A stretch of DNA of 45,985 nucleotides, from sequence record CP052943.1; one strand, written 5' to 3'. Within the stretch, counting starts at the first letter, position 1. The number at the start of each line of letters is the position of its first letter. Below, one piece after another: positions 8,969 through 18,610 of this stretch. The notes under the pieces were generated by a model, which saw nothing but the letters and a program-made list of their open reading frames with translations, had not been told where the DNA came from and made no database searches. This DNA comes from a plasmid. The position numbers were made by a program, and so were the translations under genes.

Positions 8969-11900
8969 CTATTTGATGCTCAATGAAACAGATGCTGATA
9001 GTAAGTTAAGTAACATAAAGGAGCCTACACAACAAGAAATTGCTAAAATTCTCAGCCAAAATAGTGATTTGTTTCAAGCAACATGGTTAGGTAATTTTTT
9101 CAAAGTGATTGGTTGGTTAGTTACTTGGATATTTTATTGGATAACTCAGATGATGAGAAATACATTAGAGAATATTTTTACACTAGGTGGGTTGTTGGAT
9201 AATAAACAAGTTACTGAATTAAGTAGTACATTAACACCAGTTGCATTATCTATCATGTTGGTAACATTGGGTGCTCTTGGTTTGATGATGATGACGGGCA
9301 AGAGAATTCAAATTAGTAATGTATTCGTTAATATCATTTTAGCTGTTTGTTTTATCACCATGATACCTTATATGTTTTCAACATTAACTAACTTAACAGT
9401 TCAATTTGTTCATGATCAAAAGCATATTTCGATTGATAAAAATAAAGATAAAGAAAATAAAAAAATGGACTTGCCTTCAAAGGTTGTTAAAGCAAATGTT
9501 ATTGACCTTGCAGATTTCGCAAATAAAGACTTTCCTTCTCGTAAAAATAATGAAAATAGTAAGTTTAATCATTTAGATATTCCCACAGATTCTAAATCGA
9601 TATTTGATTCGTTTGATTATAGTGAAAAGATCAAACCCTTCTATCAAGGAGAAGACGATGACAAAATAGGTTATCATGATCGACTAAAATTAGAATCTAA
9701 ATCTAGTAAAATAAAGACTCCAAATGATTTGTTAGATGATTCTTTATTTAAGAAAATTGTTCACTATGGTCAGACTAAAACAGAGAAACAAAAAAATGAT
9801 ATTGTTCGAAATGGTGTATTTGCCTATGCACTAGATAATGATTTGGGTGGCAAGTATAAGAGTGAAAAAGACAAAGATCCAATTTATAGTCGGATGGCTC
9901 CTTCTGAAGATAGTGGGGCATTTAAATCAGGAGCAGGAATTTTAAAATTCTTTGATGAATATCCACTACGTTATCAAACGAACTTCTTAGTTTTATGGCT
10001 TTCACTTGGTGGCTTAGCTATTGTTTATCTTTTCTCAGCATTTAAGGTTGTTAAACTGATTTTTGATATTGCTTTCCAAAAAGTACTGGCGCCATTTGTC
10101 GCCGCGACTGACTTAACAACGGGTCAAAAAATGAAATCGCTTTTTAATAATATCATTCTTAACTATGCAGTTATTGGGATTATTTTTATACTCTTCCTTA
10201 TATATGAAATTTTAGTATCAACAGTAATGGGTTCAGATGCTGGATTCGGTGTAAAAGCTATCGCATTTATCGCTCTATCAATTGCATGTATAGATGGCCC
10301 TGATACAGCAAAACGTGTCTTAGGCATTGATACAGGTGTCCAAGATGGTAAAGCAGCGGCGTTAGCAACATACGGAGCTGGTAAAGGTATAGGTAAGGCT
10401 TCTACAGCAGGTGCTAAAGGGGTAAGTAACCTTTATAATTCAATGTCTGGTGGTAAAAAAGTTGATGCTCCTACAAATAATATGAGTTCATCTAACGATA
10501 GTAAATCATTTGGTGGAGGTAGTGAACTAGAGCCTACTGATATGAGTAAACATGATGTTAATGAAAATAATAGTAAAGCAGATCAATTTAGTGATGGTCA
10601 ATCAAATCAAAATAATCAAGAAAACATCGATGATATATCTTCTGAAAATCAACAAGACAATGACGATATTTTAGGAGATCAACACTATAGTGATGATGAT
10701 TCAGCTAAACAAGATGTTGATAATATTGCAGAAAATCAAGATGATTTAGAAAATGCTAACGGAGATAATAACTTAGAAAATAGAGATGAACAGCCTAGCA
10801 TTTCTGATAGTAATCATGCAGAAAATCAACTAGATAATAATGAGCATCTAGATATGAATGAAGATAATAAAGAGATGAATGACTTAGACAATGATGAACA
10901 AGCAGGAATTAATGATAGAAATGAAGAATCTAGTAATGATTTAGAAAATAACGAACAGCAAGGTATTGGCGATGAAAATGAAACAAGTAATAACTTAGAT
11001 AACACTGAACAATTAGATGTTAATGAAGATAATAAAGAAGTGACTGATTTAGACAACAATGAACAGCCGGGTATTGAAAACGACACAGAAAATTACAACA
11101 GTCCAATATCTAATGAAAATCAAGAAGCTATTTCAAATGACGGAATTACTTCAGGAGAAGATGTTCCAGATAAAGTAAGTGCTCCGTCAGAGAATAATAC
11201 AAATAATATTTCTGACAATATTAATAGTCCAAATACGAATGATATTAAGGCTACAACAGAAAATGTTTCTAGTGAAAATAATACAAATAATTTAGGTAAA
11301 GGTATCATGACTGGTACAGCACTTAGAGGACTAGGAGAAAAAGTTGGTGTACAAAGTGGAGTTAGAAACAGTGCAAATGCTCAAAATTCAAGACCGATGA
11401 AATCTTTAAGCGATATAGATAAAGGAAGACCTCAAGGTCAATCAGGTCTATCATACTCAGAAGCCAAATCAAATGCTAGAAATAATAGACCATCTACAAG
11501 TTATCCAAAATCTAACGGCTTAAATAAAACAATACCAAGTAAGGCAACTACACCGCCAAAAGCATCAGCACAAAGTTCAAATCTTAATATGACAAGCACA
11601 CCAAGTAATTCATCAGTTTCAACTTCAAATAATGGGCAAGAAAAACTTAGAGGTCGTCCATCAAGCATAAATAGTCATTCATACAATAGCTATCCAAAAG
11701 GAAATCATTTTAATAAAAACACGCCACCGACGAAACAAGTTTCATCTATGAAAAAGCCAACATCATCAATGAAAGGTACGCATGAAAAAGTAACTGTTCC
11801 TAGAACTAAATCAAGCACAATAGATACAGCAAATAGACGTTCAGGATTATCTTATTCACAAGCAAAAGCGAATGCTAACACGTTAAATAAAAAAACGCCT

Positions 11901-12050
11901 CGTGCGGAAGTAGTTCAAAGTTCAGGAAATATTAAAAGACCAAATCCTAATAGCGTAAGTAGTAGAGCTTCTCGTCCACAATATATGGCTCAAGAAGCCC
12001 CATCAATGGATAAAGCAAACGAACAGTTAGACAATAATTCAAAAAAGTAG
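8952..12050 (+). CDS. VirB6/TcpH/ConG-like polytopic membrane protein with a roughly 500-aa low-complexity Asn/Asp/Glu/Ser-rich C-terminal tail
   Basis: Start chosen at ATG 8952 after SD aaaggaggag (ORF track 8868). At least six hydrophobic helices in the first 500 aa; tandem DNNEQxGIxDxNE repeats 10560-11100. Confidence 0.65.
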   Translation: MNQWVNYLMLNETDADSKLSNIKEPTQQEIAKILSQNSDLFQATWLGNFFKVIGWLVTWIFYWITQMMRNTLENIFTLGGLLDNKQVTELSSTLTPVALSIMLVTLGALGLMMMTGKRIQISNVFVNIILAVCFITMIPYMFSTLTNLTVQFVHDQKHISIDKNKDKENKKMDLPSKVVKANVIDLADFANKDFPSRKNNENSKFNHLDIPTDSKSIFDSFDYSEKIKPFYQGEDDDKIGYHDRLKLESKSSKIKTPNDLLDDSLFKKIVHYGQTKTEKQKNDIVRNGVFAYALDNDLGGKYKSEKDKDPIYSRMAPSEDSGAFKSGAGILKFFDEYPLRYQTNFLVLWLSLGGLAIVYLFSAFKVVKLIFDIAFQKVLAPFVAATDLTTGQKMKSLFNNIILNYAVIGIIFILFLIYEILVSTVMGSDAGFGVKAIAFIALSIACIDGPDTAKRVLGIDTGVQDGKAAALATYGAGKGIGKASTAGAKGVSNLYNSMSGGKKVDAPTNNMSSSNDSKSFGGGSELEPTDMSKHDVNENNSKADQFSDGQSNQNNQENIDDISSENQQDNDDILGDQHYSDDDSAKQDVDNIAENQDDLENANGDNNLENRDEQPSISDSNHAENQLDNNEHLDMNEDNKEMNDLDNDEQAGINDRNEESSNDLENNEQQGIGDENETSNNLDNTEQLDVNEDNKEVTDLDNNEQPGIENDTENYNSPISNENQEAISNDGITSGEDVPDKVSAPSENNTNNISDNINSPNTNDIKATTENVSSENNTNNLGKGIMTGTALRGLGEKVGVQSGVRNSANAQNSRPMKSLSDIDKGRPQGQSGLSYSEAKSNARNNRPSTSYPKSNGLNKTIPSKATTPPKASAQSSNLNMTSTPSNSSVSTSNNGQEKLRGRPSSINSHSYNSYPKGNHFNKNTPPTKQVSSMKKPTSSMKGTHEKVTVPRTKSSTIDTANRRSGLSYSQAKANANTLNKKTPRAEVVQSSGNIKRPNPNSVSSRASRPQYMAQEAPSMDKANEQLDNNSKK

Positions 12051-12252
12051 GTGTAAATCATGGTTAAGAGTCAAGAAAGATTACCGTATGAACGAGCTCA
12101 GGGAAAGGTAACTATAACTTCAGATGGTAAAGAACTTGTTCATATGAAAAAACCGAATTCTAAAGCTTTGACACATCGTGATCCACCTATGAAACAAACA
12201 CCTCCAAAAGGAATAAATTAATAATAGTAATAAAAACATTTGAAAAAAGTGG

Positions 12253-12600
12253 GTGAAATTAATGGCAGATGAAAATCCTAATCAATATACAGTAACAAAA
12301 GGCGTAGACTCCACGATAAACTTTAAAGGGATTTTAAGTATTCAATCGATAATGTGGTTTGCCGGTATTGTATTTATTGGGTTTATCATAACAGACCAGC
12401 TACAAATAACTGGTCTGTTACAACTCATTATCATACTAGGTCATGTAGTGTTAGCGTTATTGCTTGTATCAACACGAGTTTCACATCCAGATAGAAGAAC
12501 TATATACGTTATTATGCATTTGCTTTTTAAAGAAGATACGCACAAGTATCAAAGTATAGACATTAATAAGTATCGTCGTTTAAGAGATAGAGATAGATGA
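12253..12600 (+). CDS. Small TcpE-like membrane protein of the transfer apparatus
   Basis: Two long hydrophobic helices (SIMWFAGIVFIGFIIT, LLQLIIILGHVVLALLLV). Confidence 0.45.
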   Translation: MKLMADENPNQYTVTKGVDSTINFKGILSIQSIMWFAGIVFIGFIITDQLQITGLLQLIIILGHVVLALLLVSTRVSHPDRRTIYVIMHLLFKEDTHKYQSIDINKYRRLRDRDR

Positions 12601-12616
12601 AAGGGGGATATGGGTT

Positions 12617-13198
12617 TTGAGTTTAATTACAGAAGAAGAATTTGAAAGATCACGTCGTAAAAAGCTCAGAAAAAAACGTAAAAGAAAACATGGTACAAAA
12701 TCAACAGCGAGTATATCTAAGGTCAAAGGTTATACAGAAGAAGATTTTTGCATTTTCGATGATGATAGATATGGAGAAGTATTTAGGAGTACAACAGCAC
12801 CAATTGATTTTATAAACCAAAATGAAAATAATAAGCACATGTCATTTCTAGCGACGCTTTATCGCATGTATGAGGGAGATATTAAACAAATTGGTTTAGC
12901 GTATCATACAAACACTACTGAGTTACAAAACAATTGGTTAGATATTAAAAACAAGGCACAGACAGATGAGCAAAGACTTTTAGCAAGAGAACAACAATTA
13001 AGATTTAAACTTATCTCTGAGTCCCAACTTAATCAAGAGTATTACTTTATTATCTATGGAGATGACGAGAAAGATTTAATTTCAAAAATTAGAAGTTTTA
13101 AAAAGGCTTCTATTGGACTTGTAGAAGAAGAACCACAGACTAAAGAGCAAAAAATTAAATTATTCACTAAATTAAATAACCAAAATACATTTATTTAA
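12617..13198 (+). CDS. Hypothetical conjugation-operon protein (193 aa, basic N-terminus)
   Basis: In-operon ORF; KKLRKKRKRKHG N-terminal basic patch. Confidence 0.45.
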   Translation: MSLITEEEFERSRRKKLRKKRKRKHGTKSTASISKVKGYTEEDFCIFDDDRYGEVFRSTTAPIDFINQNENNKHMSFLATLYRMYEGDIKQIGLAYHTNTTELQNNWLDIKNKAQTDEQRLLAREQQLRFKLISESQLNQEYYFIIYGDDEKDLISKIRSFKKASIGLVEEEPQTKEQKIKLFTKLNNQNTFI

Positions 13199-13214
13199 GG
13201 AGTGAAAAATTGGA

Positions 13215-13523
13215 ATGTCAAAAACATCAAAAAGAAAGGCAAAAACAATCAATATTAATTTAACTGAGAAAGAATATGAGAAAGTTAAACATTTTGCAGA
13301 ACTTCGGAATATGAATCCTACTAGCTATGCAAGACTTGTTGCTTTAGGTAATCGAATTAAACCGACAGTCATTGAGAAAACATATAGTTCAAGTGATGTC
13401 GTTCAACAACTCAAGCAAGACAATGAGGAACTTAAAACGGACATCGAGGCATTACAAAATGAGAATAATGATTTAAAAAGAAAAATTAGCTATTCGAAAG
13501 AAGGACAGCCAAGCACGATGTAA
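13215..13523 (+). CDS. Ribbon-helix-helix DNA-binding protein with coiled-coil tail
   Basis: KTININLTEKEYEKVKHFAELRNMNPTSYARLVALG fits the RHH beta-alpha-alpha pattern. Confidence 0.5.
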   Translation: MSKTSKRKAKTININLTEKEYEKVKHFAELRNMNPTSYARLVALGNRIKPTVIEKTYSSSDVVQQLKQDNEELKTDIEALQNENNDLKRKISYSKEGQPSTM

Positions 13524-13550
13524 CAGCAATTAACCATAAAAGTATGAAAG

Positions 13551-15524
13551 GTGTGTGTTCCCTTAATGGGATTATTATCAAGATTTAAAAAAGATGCAGA
13601 ACCTATTTTGGAAGAAGACTTTGTAGATGACGGGTACGATATGGAAAGTATTAGTCTTTCACAGCCACAAGGTGGATTACAGTTTAAGGAAAGAAACATG
13701 GTAGGTGGAGATGGTTATACAACATGTTTAACTATTTATGATATTCCCTCAAAACTCAATGACAACTGGTTAGATCCAATCGTGAATAGAGAAGGTGTGA
13801 TTTCTATTGTCGATATTGGCGAAGAAGATAGACATCGTACTATAAAAAAATTGCAGCGTTCAATGGGCGAACAATATACACGAGTAATTGATCCCAACGC
13901 TCAAACGCTTTCTAAAATTGAAGCTCGAAATTCTTACTCAACACTTCACTCAATGCTAGAAAAAATAAATTTACATGGAGAAACTATTAAACGTTTTAAC
14001 GTTCGTTTATATATATCTAAAGATACCGAAGAAGAATTAGAGGAAGAGGTAGCATCGATAAGAAAAGATCTAGAAGCTAAGGGTTATAAGGCACAGCTAA
14101 TGCAGTTTGAAACTAAAGATAATTATCTATCTATGTTCTTATCATTAAAACAGCAACAAGAAAATTTAAGTAATTATCGTCGAGGCATTCCTATGGAAGC
14201 TGGTATTCTTGGTGGGTCATATTACTTCAATCATGAACAAATCATTGATGAGCGTGGCGCTTATTATGGCCAAACGCTCACACAAGGTTCTGTTATTTTA
14301 GACTTCTTTAAACATGATGCAATCAGAACTTATTATAATACGGTTATTTTTGGAAAAATGGGTTCCGGTAAATCTACGCTACTTAAGATGATTGAAGAAG
14401 AACAGTACGCACGAGGTAATTTTATTAGAGGCTTTGATAAAGCAAGAGAATTTGGCGCTATTTTAGAAAGACAAGGTGGACATATTATTGCTTTGGACGG
14501 TACAGATGGACGTATTAATTTTTTACAAATATATCCTACAGCCAGCCGTAAGAATGAAAAAGGGGAACATGTTGTTTCTGAGGTTGGTTCATTCAAACAA
14601 CATATTTCTAAATTAAAAATGCAATTTAGTCTAATGAATAACGAATTAACTGATACAGAACTTAAAGAAATCTCAAGTGTTATTTATGACTTTTATATAG
14701 AAAAAGGAATATATGATCCTGATAAAGGCGAAAATCAAAATATCGTTAATTTAAAAAATGAGGATTATCCTGTTTTAAGTGAACTTTATGATTATATTGA
14801 CACGTACATCAAAAATGCGAAAAGAACTGACATTACATCTGAAAAAATTCGCTCATTTGAACGTATTCTGACGACTGTTAAAGAAATGGTAACTGAATAC
14901 GGAGAAATTTTCGATGGGCATACAACGATTAAAGATATGGAAAATGAGCAAGTGGTATTCTTCGACATCGAAGGATTAACCTCTTTATCAAAAGAGGTAC
15001 AAGACACAATGTTATTTACAGCTTTACAATTAATATGGTCTCAAGCGTTAAATCAAGGACGTAAGTACAAAACGATGATTGAAAATGGAGAAATTGATGA
15101 GGTTGACGCTAAGAGGTTTATGTTTTTCATTGATGAGTGTCAAAACATTATCAATGCTAATAATCTACAAGTTGTAGAATTTGTTGTTAAGTTCCAAAAA
15201 GAGATGCGTAAATTCTTAGCTGGTATTATTTTTGCTACACAGTCTCCTAAAGAAATACTTCCAGAGAGTAACGATCAAATTGTAGTAAGTAAATTGAAAC
15301 AAATATTTGCATTAACACAGTACAAATTTTTATTTAACCTTGATTCATCAGAAATTGAACAAATGAAACGAGTACTTGGAGATATTTTGACAGAGTCAGA
15401 GTATCGTATGATTCCGAAGTTTAAAAGGGGTCGAACGTTATTAAGTATTCAAGGTTTAAGTAATACTATTTTCAATGTTCATCCAACTAGACAACAACTA
15501 GATCGATTCAAGGGTGGTCTATAA
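13551..15524 (+). CDS. VirB4/TcpF/ConE-like T4SS ATPase
   Basis: Walker A VIFGKMGSGKST; Walker B MFFIDECQN; about 650 aa. Start uncertain (GTG 13551 or ATG 13566). Confidence 0.8.
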   Translation: MCVPLMGLLSRFKKDAEPILEEDFVDDGYDMESISLSQPQGGLQFKERNMVGGDGYTTCLTIYDIPSKLNDNWLDPIVNREGVISIVDIGEEDRHRTIKKLQRSMGEQYTRVIDPNAQTLSKIEARNSYSTLHSMLEKINLHGETIKRFNVRLYISKDTEEELEEEVASIRKDLEAKGYKAQLMQFETKDNYLSMFLSLKQQQENLSNYRRGIPMEAGILGGSYYFNHEQIIDERGAYYGQTLTQGSVILDFFKHDAIRTYYNTVIFGKMGSGKSTLLKMIEEEQYARGNFIRGFDKAREFGAILERQGGHIIALDGTDGRINFLQIYPTASRKNEKGEHVVSEVGSFKQHISKLKMQFSLMNNELTDTELKEISSVIYDFYIEKGIYDPDKGENQNIVNLKNEDYPVLSELYDYIDTYIKNAKRTDITSEKIRSFERILTTVKEMVTEYGEIFDGHTTIKDMENEQVVFFDIEGLTSLSKEVQDTMLFTALQLIWSQALNQGRKYKTMIENGEIDEVDAKRFMFFIDECQNIINANNLQVVEFVVKFQKEMRKFLAGIIFATQSPKEILPESNDQIVVSKLKQIFALTQYKFLFNLDSSEIEQMKRVLGDILTESEYRMIPKFKRGRTLLSIQGLSNTIFNVHPTRQQLDRFKGGL

Positions 15525-16633
15525 TGAATAAATTAAAACGCTACCTTAACTGGAAAATAATAGGATGGATTGTTAGTTTATTAGGTGCGTTTTGGACGTT
15601 TATTATTGGTGCACTATTATTAATTTTATTAATAGTTGTTGTTTTATTAGGTCTCAATGATTCTGGGCAAAAATCTGGAGGTTGTGACGTTAGTGGCTCC
15701 AGCGTTTCAAGTGATGTTTCTGAAAAAGGTAAAAAAATGTATGAACAAAATGCTAAAGGGGGAGAACTAGAAGGGAAAGTCGATAGTGCTATTAAGATAG
15801 CTAAGGAAGAAAAAGTACCCCCTTCACTTTTCTTAGCAATTATGGCGAGTGAGTCAGGATGGGGTAAATCAGCTAATGCAACGAATCAGCATAACCCTTT
15901 ATCTATTATGGGAAGTGGCCCTCTTAAACACTATGGAACAATTGAAGAAGGGATGAAAGCAGGAGCTAAAAATCTCTACGATTTATACATCTCAGAGGGC
16001 TTAGACACTCCAGCAAAGATTCAGCCAAAATATGCGCCCAATGGGGCTAGCAATGATCCAACAGATTTAAATAGTAATTGGAAAAAATCTGTTGAAAGTA
16101 TTCAAAAGCAGTTATCTGATGGCTCTAAATCCAGCAGTAAAGATGACTCAAATGGTGCTCCTTCTGTTGACTGTTCATCTTCATCATCAACAGTTTCAGG
16201 TGGAGGTACACTTAAAGCATTGTCAAAATTTAAAGGAAGTTTACCAACTCCTAAAAACAAAAGTAACGCAATGCAACCAGCAAGTGGTAATCTTTATACG
16301 AATTTAGAATGTACATGGTACGTCTATAATAGACGTAAAGAATTAGGAATTCCAATTTCTACATTCTGGTATGATGCTGGTATGTGGGCAAATGCTTCAA
16401 AAAAAGATGGCTATAAAGTTGGTAAAAAGCCAGTACGTGGTGCTTGTGTAACATGGCCTATTCAAGGTGGTATGCCTCATGGTCACGTGGCATTCGTAGA
16501 AGGAGTTTCTAAAGATGGTAAAAAAATTCATATAAGTGAGTATAATTGGCCACCTAAGATTCATAGATATGGAGAACGAACAATAAAGGTTGAACCTCAA
16601 ATGACATTTATTTATGACAAGAAAAAGAAATAA
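15524..16633 (+). CDS. Bifunctional cell-wall hydrolase (CwlT/TcpG-like): N-terminal lysozyme/lytic-transglycosylase-like domain plus C-terminal CHAP amidase/peptidase
   Basis: N-terminal TM; LFLAIMASESGWGKS muramidase-like motif; CHAP Cys (ECTWYVYNRR) and His (HGHVAFVEG). Confidence 0.75.
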   Translation: MNKLKRYLNWKIIGWIVSLLGAFWTFIIGALLLILLIVVVLLGLNDSGQKSGGCDVSGSSVSSDVSEKGKKMYEQNAKGGELEGKVDSAIKIAKEEKVPPSLFLAIMASESGWGKSANATNQHNPLSIMGSGPLKHYGTIEEGMKAGAKNLYDLYISEGLDTPAKIQPKYAPNGASNDPTDLNSNWKKSVESIQKQLSDGSKSSSKDDSNGAPSVDCSSSSSTVSGGGTLKALSKFKGSLPTPKNKSNAMQPASGNLYTNLECTWYVYNRRKELGIPISTFWYDAGMWANASKKDGYKVGKKPVRGACVTWPIQGGMPHGHVAFVEGVSKDGKKIHISEYNWPPKIHRYGERTIKVEPQMTFIYDKKKK

Positions 16634-16645
16634 AGGAGTATTCTA

Positions 16646-17341
16646 ATGAGAAATAAAAAACTTTTAGGTTTGTTGTTAATCATTGTTGCAATTGGTATGG
16701 GTTTCGTAGTTTATTTTATTGTTAAAGATCAGTGGAGTGGAGATGATAAAAAAGAATCGCAGCTTCCAACACATGAGAGTAAGAAGTCTAATGATGAAGA
16801 TGATAAAAAAATTGAGAAATCAAAAAAAGAGATTGATAGTATGAATGATAAATCGAACGAGGAAAAGAAAAAATCAGATGAAGATGACGTAGAACAAGGG
16901 TCAAATAGTAATAAAGAAGATAGCCATAATCTTGATAAACGTACTGAATTCTTTATAGATAATATGTTTACTAATCTCAACCAAGAGAACTATAACCGAA
17001 TTAAAAATAGATTGAGCACAATTTGTACACCGCATTTTATGAATAAATACTTTAAAGATAAAGATAGCCAATACAATTTTTATATGGATGTAAATATTTC
17101 AGGATTTGAGACTTATGAATCTAGAAAGCCACAAACAAATGGCAAAACAATTTTTGCAACGTTTGAGAGATCCACAAGTCCCGCACATTCAGGTAATAAT
17201 AACAGTATTAAACCGTCTCATGAACAAATGACAGTAGCAGTTATTTATAAAAAAGTAAATGGCAAAATGTTAGTTAATGACTTTAAGATTCAAAGTAACG
17301 AAGACTTAGATAGTTCAGATGACTCTGATGATATGGACTAG
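16646..17341 (+). CDS. Membrane-anchored hypothetical conjugation protein
   Basis: N-terminal TM LLGLLLIIVAIGMGFVVYFIV, acidic linker. Confidence 0.45.
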   Translation: MRNKKLLGLLLIIVAIGMGFVVYFIVKDQWSGDDKKESQLPTHESKKSNDEDDKKIEKSKKEIDSMNDKSNEEKKKSDEDDVEQGSNSNKEDSHNLDKRTEFFIDNMFTNLNQENYNRIKNRLSTICTPHFMNKYFKDKDSQYNFYMDVNISGFETYESRKPQTNGKTIFATFERSTSPAHSGNNNSIKPSHEQMTVAVIYKKVNGKMLVNDFKIQSNEDLDSSDDSDDMD

Positions 17342-17364
17342 AAAATAAAGAAAGAGAAAGTGAG

Positions 17365-18216
17365 GTGGGAGTCATGGCAAAAGTTAAAGGATTTTTTAAA
17401 AAAGCATATAGATTGTTTAAAAATAATAAGAAGGCGTCATACCTTAGCCTTCTTGCTATTCCTCTTGTTTTGTATTTTGGCGTATATCTATATTCCTTAA
17501 CGCAAAATCATACTTACAAGTTATCGAAAGAGGATATGGAAGAAGGAGCATCATTTGATGATTTTAACTTGGTAGTGCAAGATCAGAAATACAACCCTAA
17601 AAACGGAACCTATGTAATTAAAGTTAGGGCTGATACAGATAATGATGAAAAGGTAGTATTAGATAGCAATAATTTAAGTGTTAAAGCAATTACAAACAAA
17701 GATCGAAAATCATATCAACCTAATGTTTATCACACATTAAATGACTATTTTGTTGTTGAAATAGAAGATATACCGAAGGATTACGGCTCATTAAAGTTAC
17801 ATTTTAATTATAAAGATTCAAAAAATGGCGACGATGATTCTAATAGATCAGGTGATTTATATGTATCAGCAGTTGGTAAAAATATTGATAAGAATTTAAC
17901 TCCTCAGTCCAAAAAAACTTATTATAGAGATAGTTATATTTATTTAAAAAATCGTTTAGAAAAAGAAATTGAAGATAAAAAGCGTGACATCACATACAAT
18001 AAAGAAAATATCCAGAGTATAAAAAAAGAAAACAAAAAGCTTGATGCAAATGATCCGATACTTAGCAAGAAAGAGCAAAGACAAACTCAATCAACGATAG
18101 ATGATAATAATTCTTCTATTGAATCTTCAAAAGAAAATATCAGTCATGATAAAAAAGCAATTAAAGAAAAACAAAAGAACAAGGAAAATGTAGAAAAAGT
18201 AATAAATGATTTGTAA
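17365..18216 (+). CDS. Membrane-anchored hypothetical conjugation protein with coiled-coil C-terminus
   Basis: N-terminal TM (LSLLAIPLVLYFGVYLYSL). ATG at 17374 with SD gaggtggg is the likelier start. Confidence 0.45.
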   Translation: MGVMAKVKGFFKKAYRLFKNNKKASYLSLLAIPLVLYFGVYLYSLTQNHTYKLSKEDMEEGASFDDFNLVVQDQKYNPKNGTYVIKVRADTDNDEKVVLDSNNLSVKAITNKDRKSYQPNVYHTLNDYFVVEIEDIPKDYGSLKLHFNYKDSKNGDDDSNRSGDLYVSAVGKNIDKNLTPQSKKTYYRDSYIYLKNRLEKEIEDKKRDITYNKENIQSIKKENKKLDANDPILSKKEQRQTQSTIDDNNSSIESSKENISHDKKAIKEKQKNKENVEKVINDL

Positions 18217-18339
18217 AAAATAATGAAAGGAGGGATGTATAATGATAAACTACAATTGTGTCAAATCAAAAAACAGGAGCAACTCAATTAAGAATTGCTC
18301 CCTCTGTAGCGTCAATATTGGTGTGTGAAGCCAATATGA

Positions 18340-18378
18340 CAAGAGATAACGAGATGTGTGAGTAACGTTATCTCTTTT
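18340..18378 (+). terminator. Terminator-like hairpin ending the T4SS operon
   Basis: agagataacgagatgtgtgagtaacgttatctct followed by tttt. Confidence 0.5.
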
Positions 18379-18392
18379 CAACCATAAAAGTA

Positions 18393-18510
18393 TTATTTAG
18401 TAAACAAAGGTGTGAATCCTTTGTATATATGCACATATGCTATACGACGTTTTTTGATTTAGACAATCATTAATAAGTCATATATGATGTGCTCTTTTAA
18501 TAATACTATC
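18393..18510 (+). promoter_or_regulatory. Conserved promoter/operator block (copy B) upstream of adhesin gene
   Basis: Roughly 105 bp near-identical to 2459-2565; TAGACA-N17-TATGAT. Confidence 0.6.
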
Positions 18511-18610
18511 TATTTTCTTATAAGTAAACAGAAAAATTGGTTGTTACATGTGCACTACTCACACAATGCCAAAAGGGAAACAAAAAATTATTAGAAAGTG
18601 GGTAAAAATT

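Noticed and set aside
10826-11308. Minus-strand ORFs 10826..11086 and 11120..11308
   Set aside because: Antisense to the repetitive tail of the VirB6-like gene; Ser/Leu-rich artefacts.
14333-15007. Minus-strand ORFs inside the VirB4-like gene
   Set aside because: Antisense to a gene with Walker A/B motifs; no SD.
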